Positions 40,113 to 49,974 are shown, counted from the first letter of the stretch. The stretch: DNA of 64,000 nt from Pseudomonadota bacterium (GCA_023433585.1 JAEZCL010000098.1:3661-67660); one strand, 5' to 3'. Program-made: numbers and translations. The notes: generated by a model from the letters alone, not told the origin.

Positions 40113-40586
40113 ATGGCCGCCAAGGCGCATCGGTACGAACGGAATTCGCGCAATCCGGTGATGGCGGCGTCGGCCGCGATGGTTACAGGCGCCGCCCTGA
40201 CCGCCGCGACCATCGCGCTTCCCACAATCCTGAGCATCGCGGAAAGCTCTCCCTGGACGGACCCCCTGCTTCTCATTCAGGGAGTGCTGTGGTTGTTGTA
40301 TGTTTTCGTCATCAGCCTGATCCCCTGGATGGTGGGCGTGGCTGTAGTTGCGCCGCCCATCTGGTTCCTCCTTCACCGCGTCGGCCTGAGAGGTCCTGTC
40401 GCCGCCGTCATGGCGGGGGCGAGTCTGGCGGCGCTGACCCTGGCCGGGCTCACGGGGATGATCGGCCTGTCCACGACGAATTCGCCCATCATCATGCTGT
40501 TCGGGGCCGTCACTGGCGGTGCGGCCGGCTTCACCCTGTGGCGCGTGGCCTATCGCCGCCGCGGTGAGCGGGCGGGCGCGGCATGA
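40113..40586 (+). CDS. Hypothetical membrane protein (about 4 TM), paralog A
   Basis: Hydrophobic segments; shares motifs with the next gene; ATGA overlap. Confidence 0.75.
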   Translation: MAAKAHRYERNSRNPVMAASAAMVTGAALTAATIALPTILSIAESSPWTDPLLLIQGVLWLLYVFVISLIPWMVGVAVVAPPIWFLLHRVGLRGPVAAVMAGASLAALTLAGLTGMIGLSTTNSPIIMLFGAVTGGAAGFTLWRVAYRRRGERAGAA

Positions 40587-41032
40587 GCGGGGTCAGGCGG
40601 CGGTATGAGCTTGATCCGGGGTCCGGGATCAGCGGCTATTTCGCGGGTGCATTCACGGGCGCGGCCATGACGGCCTTCATGCTCACGATTGGCATGAGCA
40701 CCGCTCCGGGCGACGCTCCAGACTTCGCCTGGCGACTGGCGGAGATTGCCTTCATAGCGGGTTTCGCCTTTCCCATGGCCGCAATCATCTGGAGCATCGG
40801 CGGCCTTCTGGCGCTGCCGCTCTGGTTCATCCTGCATCGCGTCGGGCTGGTTGGGCCGTGGGCCGCCGCCCTGTCCGGCATCGCGTTGGTCACGATCGCC
40901 TTCCTGACGCTGGCCGATGTGTTTGGCGTCCTGAACGCCATCGTCATGGGCGCCGTATCGGGCGCCGCCGCCGGGCTTGCCCTGTGGCGCGTCGCCTACC
41001 GCCGCGCCGACTGCGGGGCGAGCGTGTCATGA
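40583..41032 (+). CDS. Hypothetical membrane protein (about 4 TM), paralog B
   Basis: PLWFILHRVGL and LWRVAYRR match paralog A; ATGA overlaps at both ends. Confidence 0.75.
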   Translation: MSGVRRRYELDPGSGISGYFAGAFTGAAMTAFMLTIGMSTAPGDAPDFAWRLAEIAFIAGFAFPMAAIIWSIGGLLALPLWFILHRVGLVGPWAAALSGIALVTIAFLTLADVFGVLNAIVMGAVSGAAAGLALWRVAYRRADCGASVS

Positions 41033-41940
41033 CCGCCGATCATCATGATCCGTGCGCGGTCAACAGTCTGGTCGAGACGCCCGGCTGCAGCCCGGTCCGT
41101 GGCCGGGTCCGCTGGGATCCCGTCCATTCGCTGTGGAACGGCGCCATGATGGCCGCCACCCTGATCGCCGGGCCGCTGCTGTTCAGCTGGAGCGCCTTCG
41201 TCGTCTTCGTCACCACCACGGGCGCGGGCCTGCTGCTGGGCCATTCGGTGGGATTCCACCGGCGGCTGATCCACGGCAGTTTCGAGTGTCCCCTGTGGCT
41301 GGAGCGCATCCTGGTCTGGTTCGGAACCGCCGTGGGCATGAGCGGGCCGTTCTGGATGATCCGCACCCACGACCTGCGCGACTGGGCCCAACGCCAGGCG
41401 GACTGCCACGACTATCTGGCCCATCGGGCGCCCATGCCGGTTGATGCGGTGTGGCAGATGCACTGCCGCCTCGACCTGGAGCATCCGCCCGGTTTCGACC
41501 TGGGCCACGTCGGACGCGATCCCTTTTATCGTTTCCTGGAGCGCACCTGGATGCTGCAGCAGCTTCCCATCGCGGCCGCGCTCTGGCTCATGGGCGGGTG
41601 GAGCTTCGTGGTCTGGGGCGTGTGCGCCCGGGTGACGGCGTCGGTGACCGGGCACTGGTTCGTGGGCCATCTGGCGCACCGGCGCGGCCCCCAGACCTGG
41701 CTGGTGAAGGAAGCGGGCGTCCAGGCCCACGACGTGCCCTGGGCCGCCGTGCCCACCATGGGCGAGGCGTGGCACAACAACCATCACGCCTTTCCCGGCT
41801 CGGCGCGCATCGGCCTCTATCCCGGCCAGAGCGACTGGGGGTTCCGCTTCATCCAACTGCTGGAGCGGATGGGCCTGGCCTGGAACGTCCGGACGCCGGA
41901 GACCCTGGCCGACCGGCCGGTGACCCGGGTTCGGTTCTAA
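41029..41940 (+). CDS. Acyl-CoA (delta-9-like) fatty acid desaturase family protein
   Basis: GFHRRLIH and GEAWHNNHHAFP His boxes. Confidence 0.88.
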   Translation: MTADHHDPCAVNSLVETPGCSPVRGRVRWDPVHSLWNGAMMAATLIAGPLLFSWSAFVVFVTTTGAGLLLGHSVGFHRRLIHGSFECPLWLERILVWFGTAVGMSGPFWMIRTHDLRDWAQRQADCHDYLAHRAPMPVDAVWQMHCRLDLEHPPGFDLGHVGRDPFYRFLERTWMLQQLPIAAALWLMGGWSFVVWGVCARVTASVTGHWFVGHLAHRRGPQTWLVKEAGVQAHDVPWAAVPTMGEAWHNNHHAFPGSARIGLYPGQSDWGFRFIQLLERMGLAWNVRTPETLADRPVTRVRF

Positions 41941-42070
41941 CGCTTCAATCCGCCGCCTTTTGCAAAGCGCGGCCGGGCGATCCCCTTGGACGCGGGCGTT
42001 AAGGTCGGCCGGAGGGGCGGGGACCAGGCCGTGGCGCGCAAGATTCCACGCGGGCGGGGAAAACCCGTCC

Positions 42071-43111
42071 TCAGTCGGTCTGCCCCAGCACCATGTCGCG
42101 CACGGCCTGGAGCGCGGCGTCGAAGGGGGCGCGGTCCGCGTCCTCGTCCGCCGGGTAAATCGGCCTCAGGCCCGAGATGCGGTCATGGACGGTCCTCAGC
42201 CAGCGGTCGTCCCGGCGCGCCAGGTTCCGGACCAGGGCGGGGTCGTCCCCCGCATAGGCCAGCAGCGCCTCGATGGCGTGCACCGCCTGTTCCGACGGAT
42301 TGGGGTCGGCCTCGGCCCGGCCGAGCCCGCGCGCCCAAGCGACCGCCTCGACGATCTGCGACTGAAAGCGGGGATCCTCCCAGGTCTCCGGCGTATGGCC
42401 CAGGTTGGTGAAGAACAGCCGCCCCCGTCCGACCTCGCGCACCCAGGTCACCGGCACGGCCCAGGGCCGCCTTGTGGGCGTGCCGGTGAAATCCAGCCCC
42501 TGGAGCACTCGCGCGCGGGCGGGATCGAAGCCCTGGTACTGATAGATCTCCTCGCTGTAGTCGAAGGCTTCGGGCCACATGGCCGTGACCGGATGGTCCG
42601 TGTGATAGGTGCGGATGCGCACCGCATCGCCCTGGTTCCAGGGATGGCCCGCGAAGCGCCCGTTGATGAAACGGGTCCAGGCGTCATCTCCGCCCTCGAA
42701 GTCCAGGCCGGTGTCCGCCGCGCTGTGCAGCCCCACCACGCCGCCGCGCCCGGAGGCGACCCAGGCCTGGATCATCTGCCAGGTCTGGCGCGATATCGGC
42801 AGCGGGCCGGTGGTGTAGAAGGCCAGCACATCGATGGTCCGCAGCAGCTCCGGCGTGATCTCGCGCGCGTCCTGGGAGACCTGGACGCTGAAGGCGCCGG
42901 TGCGTTCGGCGATGGCGGTCATGGCCGCCTCGGAGGGCGCCGGGCCGCCGTCGTCCGGCCGGATCACCGGCGCGTGGCGCCAGCCCCGGGATTCGCTGAG
43001 ATAGAACACGCGCGCCGGGCGGCCCTGGACCAGGCTGCGGGCCTGGGCGGCGGCCGGCATGGCCAGCCCGGCGGCCGCGGCGCCGAACAGCAGGCGGCGG
43101 CGATCGATCAT
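42071..43111 (-). CDS. Tat-exported ThuA-like domain protein
   Basis: IDRRRLL Tat signal; GVVGLHSAAD, FAGHPW, EEIY and GRLFFTNLGH motifs. Confidence 0.85.
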   Translation of the reverse strand: MIDRRRLLFGAAAAGLAMPAAAQARSLVQGRPARVFYLSESRGWRHAPVIRPDDGGPAPSEAAMTAIAERTGAFSVQVSQDAREITPELLRTIDVLAFYTTGPLPISRQTWQMIQAWVASGRGGVVGLHSAADTGLDFEGGDDAWTRFINGRFAGHPWNQGDAVRIRTYHTDHPVTAMWPEAFDYSEEIYQYQGFDPARARVLQGLDFTGTPTRRPWAVPVTWVREVGRGRLFFTNLGHTPETWEDPRFQSQIVEAVAWARGLGRAEADPNPSEQAVHAIEALLAYAGDDPALVRNLARRDDRWLRTVHDRISGLRPIYPADEDADRAPFDAALQAVRDMVLGQTD

Positions 43112-43188
43112 GACGGCTCCCTCCCCAGGGATGGCGCTGCGCGCCGTTTGACTTAAACACAAGGAAGGGGTTACGCCCGTCGTGTCAA

Positions 43189-43199
43189 TTGTCAGTCAA
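43189..43199. promoter_or_regulatory. Putative GntR/FadR-type operator, site 1
   Basis: TTGTCAGTCAA, one mismatch to the palindrome TTGTCNGACAA; related site at 45451. Confidence 0.45.
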
Positions 43200-43212
43200 T
43201 TGGGAGGGGCGC

Positions 43213-44364
43213 TTGGTCAAGCTGCGCTACGGCATGGTCGGCGGCGGCGAGGGCGCCTTCATCGGCGCGGTGCACCGCACGGCGGCGGCCATCGCCGGGA
43301 ACTGGGAGCTGACGGCGGGTGCGCTGTCCTCGGCCCCTGAAAAGTCTCGCCGCTCCGGCGCCGCGATCGGCCTCGACCCGGCCCGCGCCTACGGCTCCTT
43401 CGCCGAGATGATCGCGGCCGAGGCGGCCCTGCCCGAGGACCGGCGCATCCAGGCCGTATCCATCGTCACCCCCAACCACATGCACGCCCCGCCCGCCATC
43501 GCGGCGTTCCAGGCGGGCTTTCATGTCATCTGCGACAAGCCCCTGGCCGACACCCTGGAGAACGCCGCAGCCATCGGCGATGCGGCGGAAAAGGCCGGGC
43601 GGCTGCTGGGCGTCACCCACACCTACACCGGCTATCCGCTGGTGAAGCAGATGCGCGAACTGGTGGCGGGCGGGCGTTTCGGCGCCGTCCGGCGCGTGGC
43701 GGTGAAATACACCCAGGACTGGCTCTCGCGCGCCTCGGACATCGACGGCAACAAGCAGGCGGAGTGGCGCACCGACCCGGCCCGCTCGGGCGAAGGCGGG
43801 GCCTTCGGCGACATTGGCACCCACGCCTTCAACCTGGTCGAATACGTCACGGGGCGTAGGGTCACGCGCCTTTGCGCCGAGCTGGCCATGCTGCCGGGCC
43901 GGTCGCTGGACGACGACGGGGCGGCCCTGTTCCATCTGCACGGCGGCGGCCGAGGAACCCTGACCGCCAGCCAGGTGTGCGTCGGCGACGCCAACGACCT
44001 GGCGATCTCCATATATTGCGACGAGGCCAGCCTGCACTGGCGCCAGGAAGAGCCCAACACCCTGCGCGTCGGCTATCGGGACCGCCCGGCCGAGATCTGG
44101 GGCGCGGGCGGAAACCGCCCCTATCTGGCCGCGCCGATCCAGGCGATCCAGCGCACCCCGGGCGGGCATCCGGAGGGCTATCTGGAGGCCTTCGCCAACA
44201 TCTACCGCGCCTTCGGGGAGGCGATCCTGAACGGCGGCCCGGCCGACCCGGCCGACCCCGGCTACGCCACCATCGAGGACGCGCTGTCGGCGATGCGTTT
44301 CGTGCGCGCCGCCAAACAATCCAGCGCGGCGGGCGCAGTCTGGACCGACCTGGATTCCGTGTGA
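43213..44364 (+). CDS. Gfo/Idh/MocA family oxidoreductase
   Basis: GMVGGGEGAFIG, VTPNHMH, CDKP and GDIGTH motifs; TTG start after a GGAGG RBS. Confidence 0.92.
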   Translation: MVKLRYGMVGGGEGAFIGAVHRTAAAIAGNWELTAGALSSAPEKSRRSGAAIGLDPARAYGSFAEMIAAEAALPEDRRIQAVSIVTPNHMHAPPAIAAFQAGFHVICDKPLADTLENAAAIGDAAEKAGRLLGVTHTYTGYPLVKQMRELVAGGRFGAVRRVAVKYTQDWLSRASDIDGNKQAEWRTDPARSGEGGAFGDIGTHAFNLVEYVTGRRVTRLCAELAMLPGRSLDDDGAALFHLHGGGRGTLTASQVCVGDANDLAISIYCDEASLHWRQEEPNTLRVGYRDRPAEIWGAGGNRPYLAAPIQAIQRTPGGHPEGYLEAFANIYRAFGEAILNGGPADPADPGYATIEDALSAMRFVRAAKQSSAAGAVWTDLDSV

Positions 44365-44392
44365 CCGCCTGATACGGCTTGAGGAGAAGACC

Positions 44393-45442
44393 ATGAAGGG
44401 CCCGGCCATCTTCCTGGCGCAGTTCGCCGCCGACACGGCGCCGCACGACACCCTGGCGAACATCAGCCGCTGGGCGGCGGATTACGGCTACGAGGGCGTT
44501 CAGATTCCCACCTGGGACGCCCGCCTCATCGACCTTGAGAAGGCCGCCGAGAGCCAGACCTATGTGGACGAGCTGAAGGGCGTCTGCGCCGAGGCGGGCG
44601 TGGAGGTGACGGAACTGTCCACCCACCTGCAGGGCCAGCTGGTCGCCGTGCATCCGGCCTATGACGCCCTGTTCGACGCCTTCGCACCGGAAGCGATCCG
44701 GGGGAACGCGAAAGCCAAGCAGGACTGGGCGACGAACCAGGTCAAGCTGGCGGCCAGGGCCAGCGAGCGCTTCGGGCTGACGGCGCACGCCACCTTCTCG
44801 GGCGCCCTTCTGTGGCACACGGTCTATCCCTGGCCCCAGCGCCCGGCGGGCCTGGTGGAGGAGGGCTTCGCCGAACTGGCGCGGCGCTGGAGGCCCATCC
44901 TGGACGTGTTCGAGGACTGCGGGGTGGACGCCTGCTACGAGCTGCATCCGGGCGAGGATCTGCACGACGGGGTCACCTTCGAGCGATTCCTTGAGGCCGT
45001 CGGCGATCACCCGCGCGCCAACATCCTCTACGACCCGTCCCACTTCGTCCTGCAACAGCTGGACTACCTGGCCTTCATCGACATCTATCACGCGCGCATC
45101 AAGGCGTTTCATGTGAAGGACGCCGAGTTCCTGCCTAGCGGGCGCGCCGGGGTCTACGGCTCCTATTCCGGCTGGGTCGACCGGCCCGGGCGGTTCCGCT
45201 CGCTCGGCGACGGCCAGGTGGATTTCCGGGGCATATTCTCCCGGCTGACCCAATACGGCTACGACGGCTGGGCGGTGCTGGAATGGGAATGCTGTCTCAA
45301 GCATCCCGAACAGGGCGCGAAGGAAGGCGCCCCGTTCATCGCCGCGCACATGATCCGGCGCGCCGACCGCGCCTTCGACGATTTCGCCGGGGCTGAAGCC
45401 GATCGTGATCGCAACCGGCGCATATTGGGGCTGGACCCGTAG
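44393..45442 (+). CDS. Sugar phosphate isomerase/epimerase-like TIM barrel (cytoplasmic)
   Basis: ELHPGEDLHDG, YDPSH, FHVKD and VLEWE metal motifs. Confidence 0.9.
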   Translation: MKGPAIFLAQFAADTAPHDTLANISRWAADYGYEGVQIPTWDARLIDLEKAAESQTYVDELKGVCAEAGVEVTELSTHLQGQLVAVHPAYDALFDAFAPEAIRGNAKAKQDWATNQVKLAARASERFGLTAHATFSGALLWHTVYPWPQRPAGLVEEGFAELARRWRPILDVFEDCGVDACYELHPGEDLHDGVTFERFLEAVGDHPRANILYDPSHFVLQQLDYLAFIDIYHARIKAFHVKDAEFLPSGRAGVYGSYSGWVDRPGRFRSLGDGQVDFRGIFSRLTQYGYDGWAVLEWECCLKHPEQGAKEGAPFIAAHMIRRADRAFDDFAGAEADRDRNRRILGLDP

Positions 45443-45450
45443 GGCGCATA

Positions 45451-45461
45451 CTGTCAGACAA
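45451..45461. promoter_or_regulatory. Putative GntR/FadR-type operator, site 2
   Basis: CTGTCAGACAA upstream of the MFS gene. Confidence 0.45.
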
Positions 45462-45493
45462 ATGAAAACAGCATCGTTCGGGGAGGAGCGATC

Positions 45494-46825
45494 ATGGAGG
45501 GACAAGGGGCCGCCCACGGCTTCAACAGGCGCGCGCTGTTCTGGATCTGCGTGCTGGCGCTGGTCACGGCGGCCATGTCGTTCTCGCTGCGCACCGGGGC
45601 CTCCGGCGCCATCAAGGAGGCGCTGTTCGACCCCATAAACCTGGCCGGATCAGGCGAGATGATCGCCACGGCCCTGGGCAACTCGTTCCTGGGCTTCGCC
45701 CTGTCGCTGCTGGTCATCTGCCCGTTCCTGGACCTGATCGGGGCCAAGCGGGTGATCCTTCTGGCCTCGGCCTGCTTCATCGCCGGGCCGATCCTCATCA
45801 TCGCCGCGCCCATGACCGGCGACGGCGTGGTGGGCATGGTCAGCCTGGGCATGATCCTGTGCGGCGTCGGCTGGGGCGCCACCGAGGCGGCCATCAATCC
45901 GGTCACCGCCGTCCTCTATCCCGATGACAAGACGCATCGGCTGAACGTGCTGCACGCCTGGTGGCCGGCGGGCATCGTCGTGGGCGGCCTGCTCAGCATC
46001 GTGATTTTCCAGACCCTGGATATGGACTGGCGCATCGCCATCGCCCTGATCGTCATTCCCGGCGTGATCTTCGGCGTCTGGGCCCTGGGCCAGACCTTCC
46101 CCAAGACCGAGAGCACAGTGCTGGGCGTCTCGTTCCCCGCCATGATGGCCGAGCCGTTCAGGCGGCCCAGCTTCTGGATCTTCGCGGCCATCATGTTCCT
46201 GACCGCCTCGGCCGAGCTGGCGCCGGGGTCGTGGGTGGACGTGGCCCTGACCCAGACCGTGGGCATGCCGGGCATCCTGGTGCTGATCTATGTCTCGGCC
46301 ATCATGTTCGTCATGCGCCATTTCGCCGGCGCCCTGGCGCACCGCATCTCGGACATGGGCCTCCTGTGCGTCTGCACCATCCCGGCGGCCATCGGGCTCT
46401 ATCTCCTCAGCCTCGCATCGTCGCCCCCCGCCGCCTTCCTGGCCGCGACCCTGTGGGCGGTGGGCGTGGCCTTCATGTGGCCCACCATGCTGGCGGCGGT
46501 GGCGCACCGCTATCCGCGCGGCGGCCCCTGGACCATCGGCCTGGTGGGCTTCGCCGGGGCCATGGCCATCTGGTTCGTCCTGCCCCGGCTCGGCGCCATC
46601 TACGACCAGGCCAAGCTGGAGGCCGCCGGGGGCGAAGAGGTCTTCGCCGCCCTTCAGACCGGCCCGGAGCTGTCGCGCGTCCTGGCCCACGCCGCCGAGA
46701 CCTCGTTCCAGACCGTGGCGATCATTCCCGTCATCCTGTTCGTGATCTTCGGCGCCGTGTGGCTGGTCGAGCGCAAGCATCGCCTGGGCGACCCGAACGC
46801 CGGGGCGGGCGACCGGGGCGAATAG
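45494..46825 (+). CDS. MFS transporter
   Basis: About 12 hydrophobic segments; EAAINP and LHAWWPAG motifs. Confidence 0.9.
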   Translation: MEGQGAAHGFNRRALFWICVLALVTAAMSFSLRTGASGAIKEALFDPINLAGSGEMIATALGNSFLGFALSLLVICPFLDLIGAKRVILLASACFIAGPILIIAAPMTGDGVVGMVSLGMILCGVGWGATEAAINPVTAVLYPDDKTHRLNVLHAWWPAGIVVGGLLSIVIFQTLDMDWRIAIALIVIPGVIFGVWALGQTFPKTESTVLGVSFPAMMAEPFRRPSFWIFAAIMFLTASAELAPGSWVDVALTQTVGMPGILVLIYVSAIMFVMRHFAGALAHRISDMGLLCVCTIPAAIGLYLLSLASSPPAAFLAATLWAVGVAFMWPTMLAAVAHRYPRGGPWTIGLVGFAGAMAIWFVLPRLGAIYDQAKLEAAGGEEVFAALQTGPELSRVLAHAAETSFQTVAIIPVILFVIFGAVWLVERKHRLGDPNAGAGDRGE

Positions 46826-46887
46826 GCGCCGGCGGCGGGTTCGAGCCGGACGGTCGTCATCAGCCCCCGGCGCATGAGGAGAAAGCC

Positions 46888-47451
46888 ATGACGTTCGACA
46901 AGGCCGCGCCTGGGCTTGATCGCCGCGCCCTGATGCTCAGGGCCCTGGCGCTGGTGGGCGCGACGGCGGGTGCGGGCGCGTTGCAGGCCTGTGGCTCGTC
47001 CGGTTCAGGCCCGTTCTTCGACGACCGGCGCCGCGCCCTGCTGGACGCCGTGGCCGACACCATGATCCCGGCCACCGACACCCCCGGCGCCCTGGCGGCG
47101 GAGGTTCCGGCCTTCGTGGACTCCATGATGCGCGACTGGGCCTCGCGCGACAGCCAGGGCCAGTTCACCACGGCGCTGGACGCCATCGACGACCGGGCGC
47201 GCGCCGCTCACGGCATGCGCTTCGCCTCCCTGCCGCCGGACCGCCGCCTGGCGGTGCTGACCGAGCATGACGCGGCCGTGCTGTTCGAGGCGGACAATCT
47301 CTACGGCCGCCTGAAGGAGCTGATCCTGGTGGGCTATTACACCTCCGAGATCGGCGCGGCCCAGGCCCTGCGCTACGAGCTGGTCCCCGGCGCCTGGCAG
47401 GCCGACATCCCCCTGGCCGAGGGCGACCGGGCCTGGGCCTTCGCGCCATGA
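46888..47451 (+). CDS. Gluconate 2-dehydrogenase subunit 3 family protein (Tat carrier subunit)
   Basis: LDRRALM Tat motif; IPATDTPGA and GYYTSEIG motifs; C-terminal part of the listed ORF. Confidence 0.9.
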   Translation: MTFDKAAPGLDRRALMLRALALVGATAGAGALQACGSSGSGPFFDDRRRALLDAVADTMIPATDTPGALAAEVPAFVDSMMRDWASRDSQGQFTTALDAIDDRARAAHGMRFASLPPDRRLAVLTEHDAAVLFEADNLYGRLKELILVGYYTSEIGAAQALRYELVPGAWQADIPLAEGDRAWAFAP

Positions 47452-49142
47452 GCGGGGCCTTCGACGCCATCGTGGTGGGTTCGGGCATGAGCGGCGGCTG
47501 GGCCGCCAAGGAGCTGTGCGAGCGGGGCCTGAAAACCCTGGTGCTGGAGCGCGGCCGCCATGTGGAGCACGGGCCGGACTACACTGACCATCAGGCGCCG
47601 TGGGAGATCGAGAACCGGGGCCGCGTGCCCGAGGCGGAGATCGCCGAGCATTACGCGGTCCAGAGCAAATGCTACGCCTTCACCACCGCCAACAAGCATT
47701 TCTGGGTGCGCGACGACGAGCATCCCTATGAAACGCCCGAGGACAAGCCGTTCGTCTGGATCCGGGGCTACCATCTGGGCGGGCGGTCGCTGCTGTGGGC
47801 GCGGCACAGCTATCGCCTCAGCGAGATGGATTTCGAGGCCAATCTGCGCGACGGCCACGGGGTGGACTGGCCCATCCGCTATGCGGACATGGCGCCCTGG
47901 TACGATCATGTGGAGCGCTTCGCCGGAATCTCGGGTGAGACGGCGGGCCTGCCCCAGCTGCCGGACGGAATCTATCAGCCGCCCATGGACCTGAACGCGG
48001 TGGAGAAGGACTTCAAGGCCCGGATCGAGGCGCGCTGGCCCAGCCGCCGTTTCATGATGGGGCGCGTGGCGCACCTGACCCGGCCCACCGACGAACAGAC
48101 CGAGCTGGGCCGGGGCCAGTGCCAGTACCGCGACCATTGCTATCGCGGCTGCTCGTTCGGGGCCTATTTCTCCAGCCTGTCGGCCACCCTGCCCGCCGCC
48201 GAGCGCACCGGGAACCTGACCGTCGTCACGGGCGCCGCCGTGGACGGCCTGGACCACGATCCCTCGACCGGCCGCGTCACCGGCGTGCGGGTGATCGACA
48301 TGAACAGCCGCGAGCACCGCACCTATCATGGCCGCGTCGTCTTCCTGTGCGCCTCGGCGATCAATTCGGCCCAGATCCTGCTGAATTCCACGTCCGAGGC
48401 GAACCCGAACGGGCTGGCCAACCGCAGCGACCAGGTGGGCCGCAACCTGATGGACCACATCAGCGGCATGGGCGCCGTGGCCGACGTGCCCGGCTTCGAG
48501 GACCGCTACTACGCCGGGCGCCGCCCGGCGGGAATCTACATGCCGCGCTACCGCAACGTCACTGAACCGGACAGGGATTTCGTGCGCGGCTACGGCTTCC
48601 AGGGCGGGGCCTCGCGCCAGACCTGGGCGCGCGGGTCGCACACGCCCGGCGTGGGGGCCGAACTGAAGGCGGATCTGAACCGTCCCGGCGGCTGGGTCAT
48701 GTCCATCGGCGCGTTCGGGGAGATGCTGCCCAACCCCGACAACCGCGTCACCCTGACCGGCCGCCGCGACCGCTGGGGCGCACCCATCCCGCGCATCGCG
48801 TGCGCCTATGGCGAGAACGACCTGAAGCTGGCGGCCCGGGCCCAGACCGACGCCCTGGAGATGCTGCGCGCCGCCGGTTACGCCAATGTGCGCCCGCGCC
48901 GCGACACGGTGCTGGCGCCCGGCTACGGCATCCATGAGATGGGCACGGCGCGCATGGGCCGCGATCCTTCGACCTCGGTGCTGAACGGCTGGGCGCGGGC
49001 GCACGACGTCCCCAACCTGTTCGTCACCGATGGGTCGTTCATGACCTCATCGGCCTGCCAGAACCCGTCCCTGACCTACATGGCCATGTCGGCGCGCGCG
49101 GCGAACCACGCCGCCGACCTGCTTTCGCAAGGAGCCATCTGA
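47448..49142 (+). CDS. GMC oxidoreductase, glucoside 3-dehydrogenase flavoprotein-like
   Basis: GSGMSGGWAAKEL, CQYRDHCYRGC Cys cluster, HEMGTARMG and QNPSLTYMA motifs. Confidence 0.92.
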   Translation: MSGAFDAIVVGSGMSGGWAAKELCERGLKTLVLERGRHVEHGPDYTDHQAPWEIENRGRVPEAEIAEHYAVQSKCYAFTTANKHFWVRDDEHPYETPEDKPFVWIRGYHLGGRSLLWARHSYRLSEMDFEANLRDGHGVDWPIRYADMAPWYDHVERFAGISGETAGLPQLPDGIYQPPMDLNAVEKDFKARIEARWPSRRFMMGRVAHLTRPTDEQTELGRGQCQYRDHCYRGCSFGAYFSSLSATLPAAERTGNLTVVTGAAVDGLDHDPSTGRVTGVRVIDMNSREHRTYHGRVVFLCASAINSAQILLNSTSEANPNGLANRSDQVGRNLMDHISGMGAVADVPGFEDRYYAGRRPAGIYMPRYRNVTEPDRDFVRGYGFQGGASRQTWARGSHTPGVGAELKADLNRPGGWVMSIGAFGEMLPNPDNRVTLTGRRDRWGAPIPRIACAYGENDLKLAARAQTDALEMLRAAGYANVRPRRDTVLAPGYGIHEMGTARMGRDPSTSVLNGWARAHDVPNLFVTDGSFMTSSACQNPSLTYMAMSARAANHAADLLSQGAI

Positions 49143-49969
49143 TGCAGTCCAGATTGTCCCGCCGCTCGATCCTCGCCGGCGCCGCGGCCCTGAGCGCCGC
49201 CGCCTGCGCGCCGCGCGCCGCCGAGGCGGCGGCTCCGCGCCTGGGCGTCCAACTCTACACCGTGCGCGACCGCATGGCCCAGGACATGGCCGGAACCCTC
49301 GAGGCGGTGGCCCGCATCGGCTATCGGGAAGTGGAGTTCGCCGGCTATTTCGACACGCCCCCGGCCGGCGTGCGCCAGTACCTGGATGACGCGGGGCTGG
49401 CCGCGCCCGCCGCGCACATCGCCTTCACCGATGTCAGGGACAACCCCGAACTGCCCATCGAACGGGCCGTGGTGGTGGGGCACCAGACCCTGATCGTGGC
49501 CTGGCTGCCCGAGGAGGAGCGCCGGACCCTGGACCAGTGGCGCGCCTGGGCCGACCGGTTCAACGGCTTCGCCGAGCAGTGCCGGGGCGCGGGCCTGCGC
49601 TTCGCCTATCACAACCACGACTTCGAGTTTCAGCCCATCGACGGCGTCAAGCCGTTCGACCTCTTGCTGGAGCGCTGCGATCCCGCCCTGGTGGATTTCG
49701 AACTGGACCTGTTCTGGGCGGTCAAGGCGGGTGAGGACGTGAACGCGATCCTGGCTGCGAACCCGAACCGCTATCCCATGTGCCACGTCAAGGACATGGC
49801 GGCGGACGGGTCAATGGTCGACGTGGGAGCCGGCGTCATTGATTTCGCCGACATCTTCGCCCGTCACCGGTTCGCGCACTGGTTCGTCGAGCATGACGAG
49901 CCGGGCGACTCCCTGGCCTCGATCACCGCGAGCCACGCGGTCCTGGACGGACTCCTGCGCGCGGGATAG
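49142..49969 (+). CDS. Tat-exported sugar phosphate isomerase/epimerase-like TIM barrel
   Basis: SRRSIL Tat motif; QLYTVR, YHNH, ELD, HVKD and VEHD motifs. Confidence 0.9.
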   Translation: MQSRLSRRSILAGAAALSAAACAPRAAEAAAPRLGVQLYTVRDRMAQDMAGTLEAVARIGYREVEFAGYFDTPPAGVRQYLDDAGLAAPAAHIAFTDVRDNPELPIERAVVVGHQTLIVAWLPEEERRTLDQWRAWADRFNGFAEQCRGAGLRFAYHNHDFEFQPIDGVKPFDLLLERCDPALVDFELDLFWAVKAGEDVNAILAANPNRYPMCHVKDMAADGSMVDVGAGVIDFADIFARHRFAHWFVEHDEPGDSLASITASHAVLDGLLRAG

Positions 49970-49974
49970 AAGCC

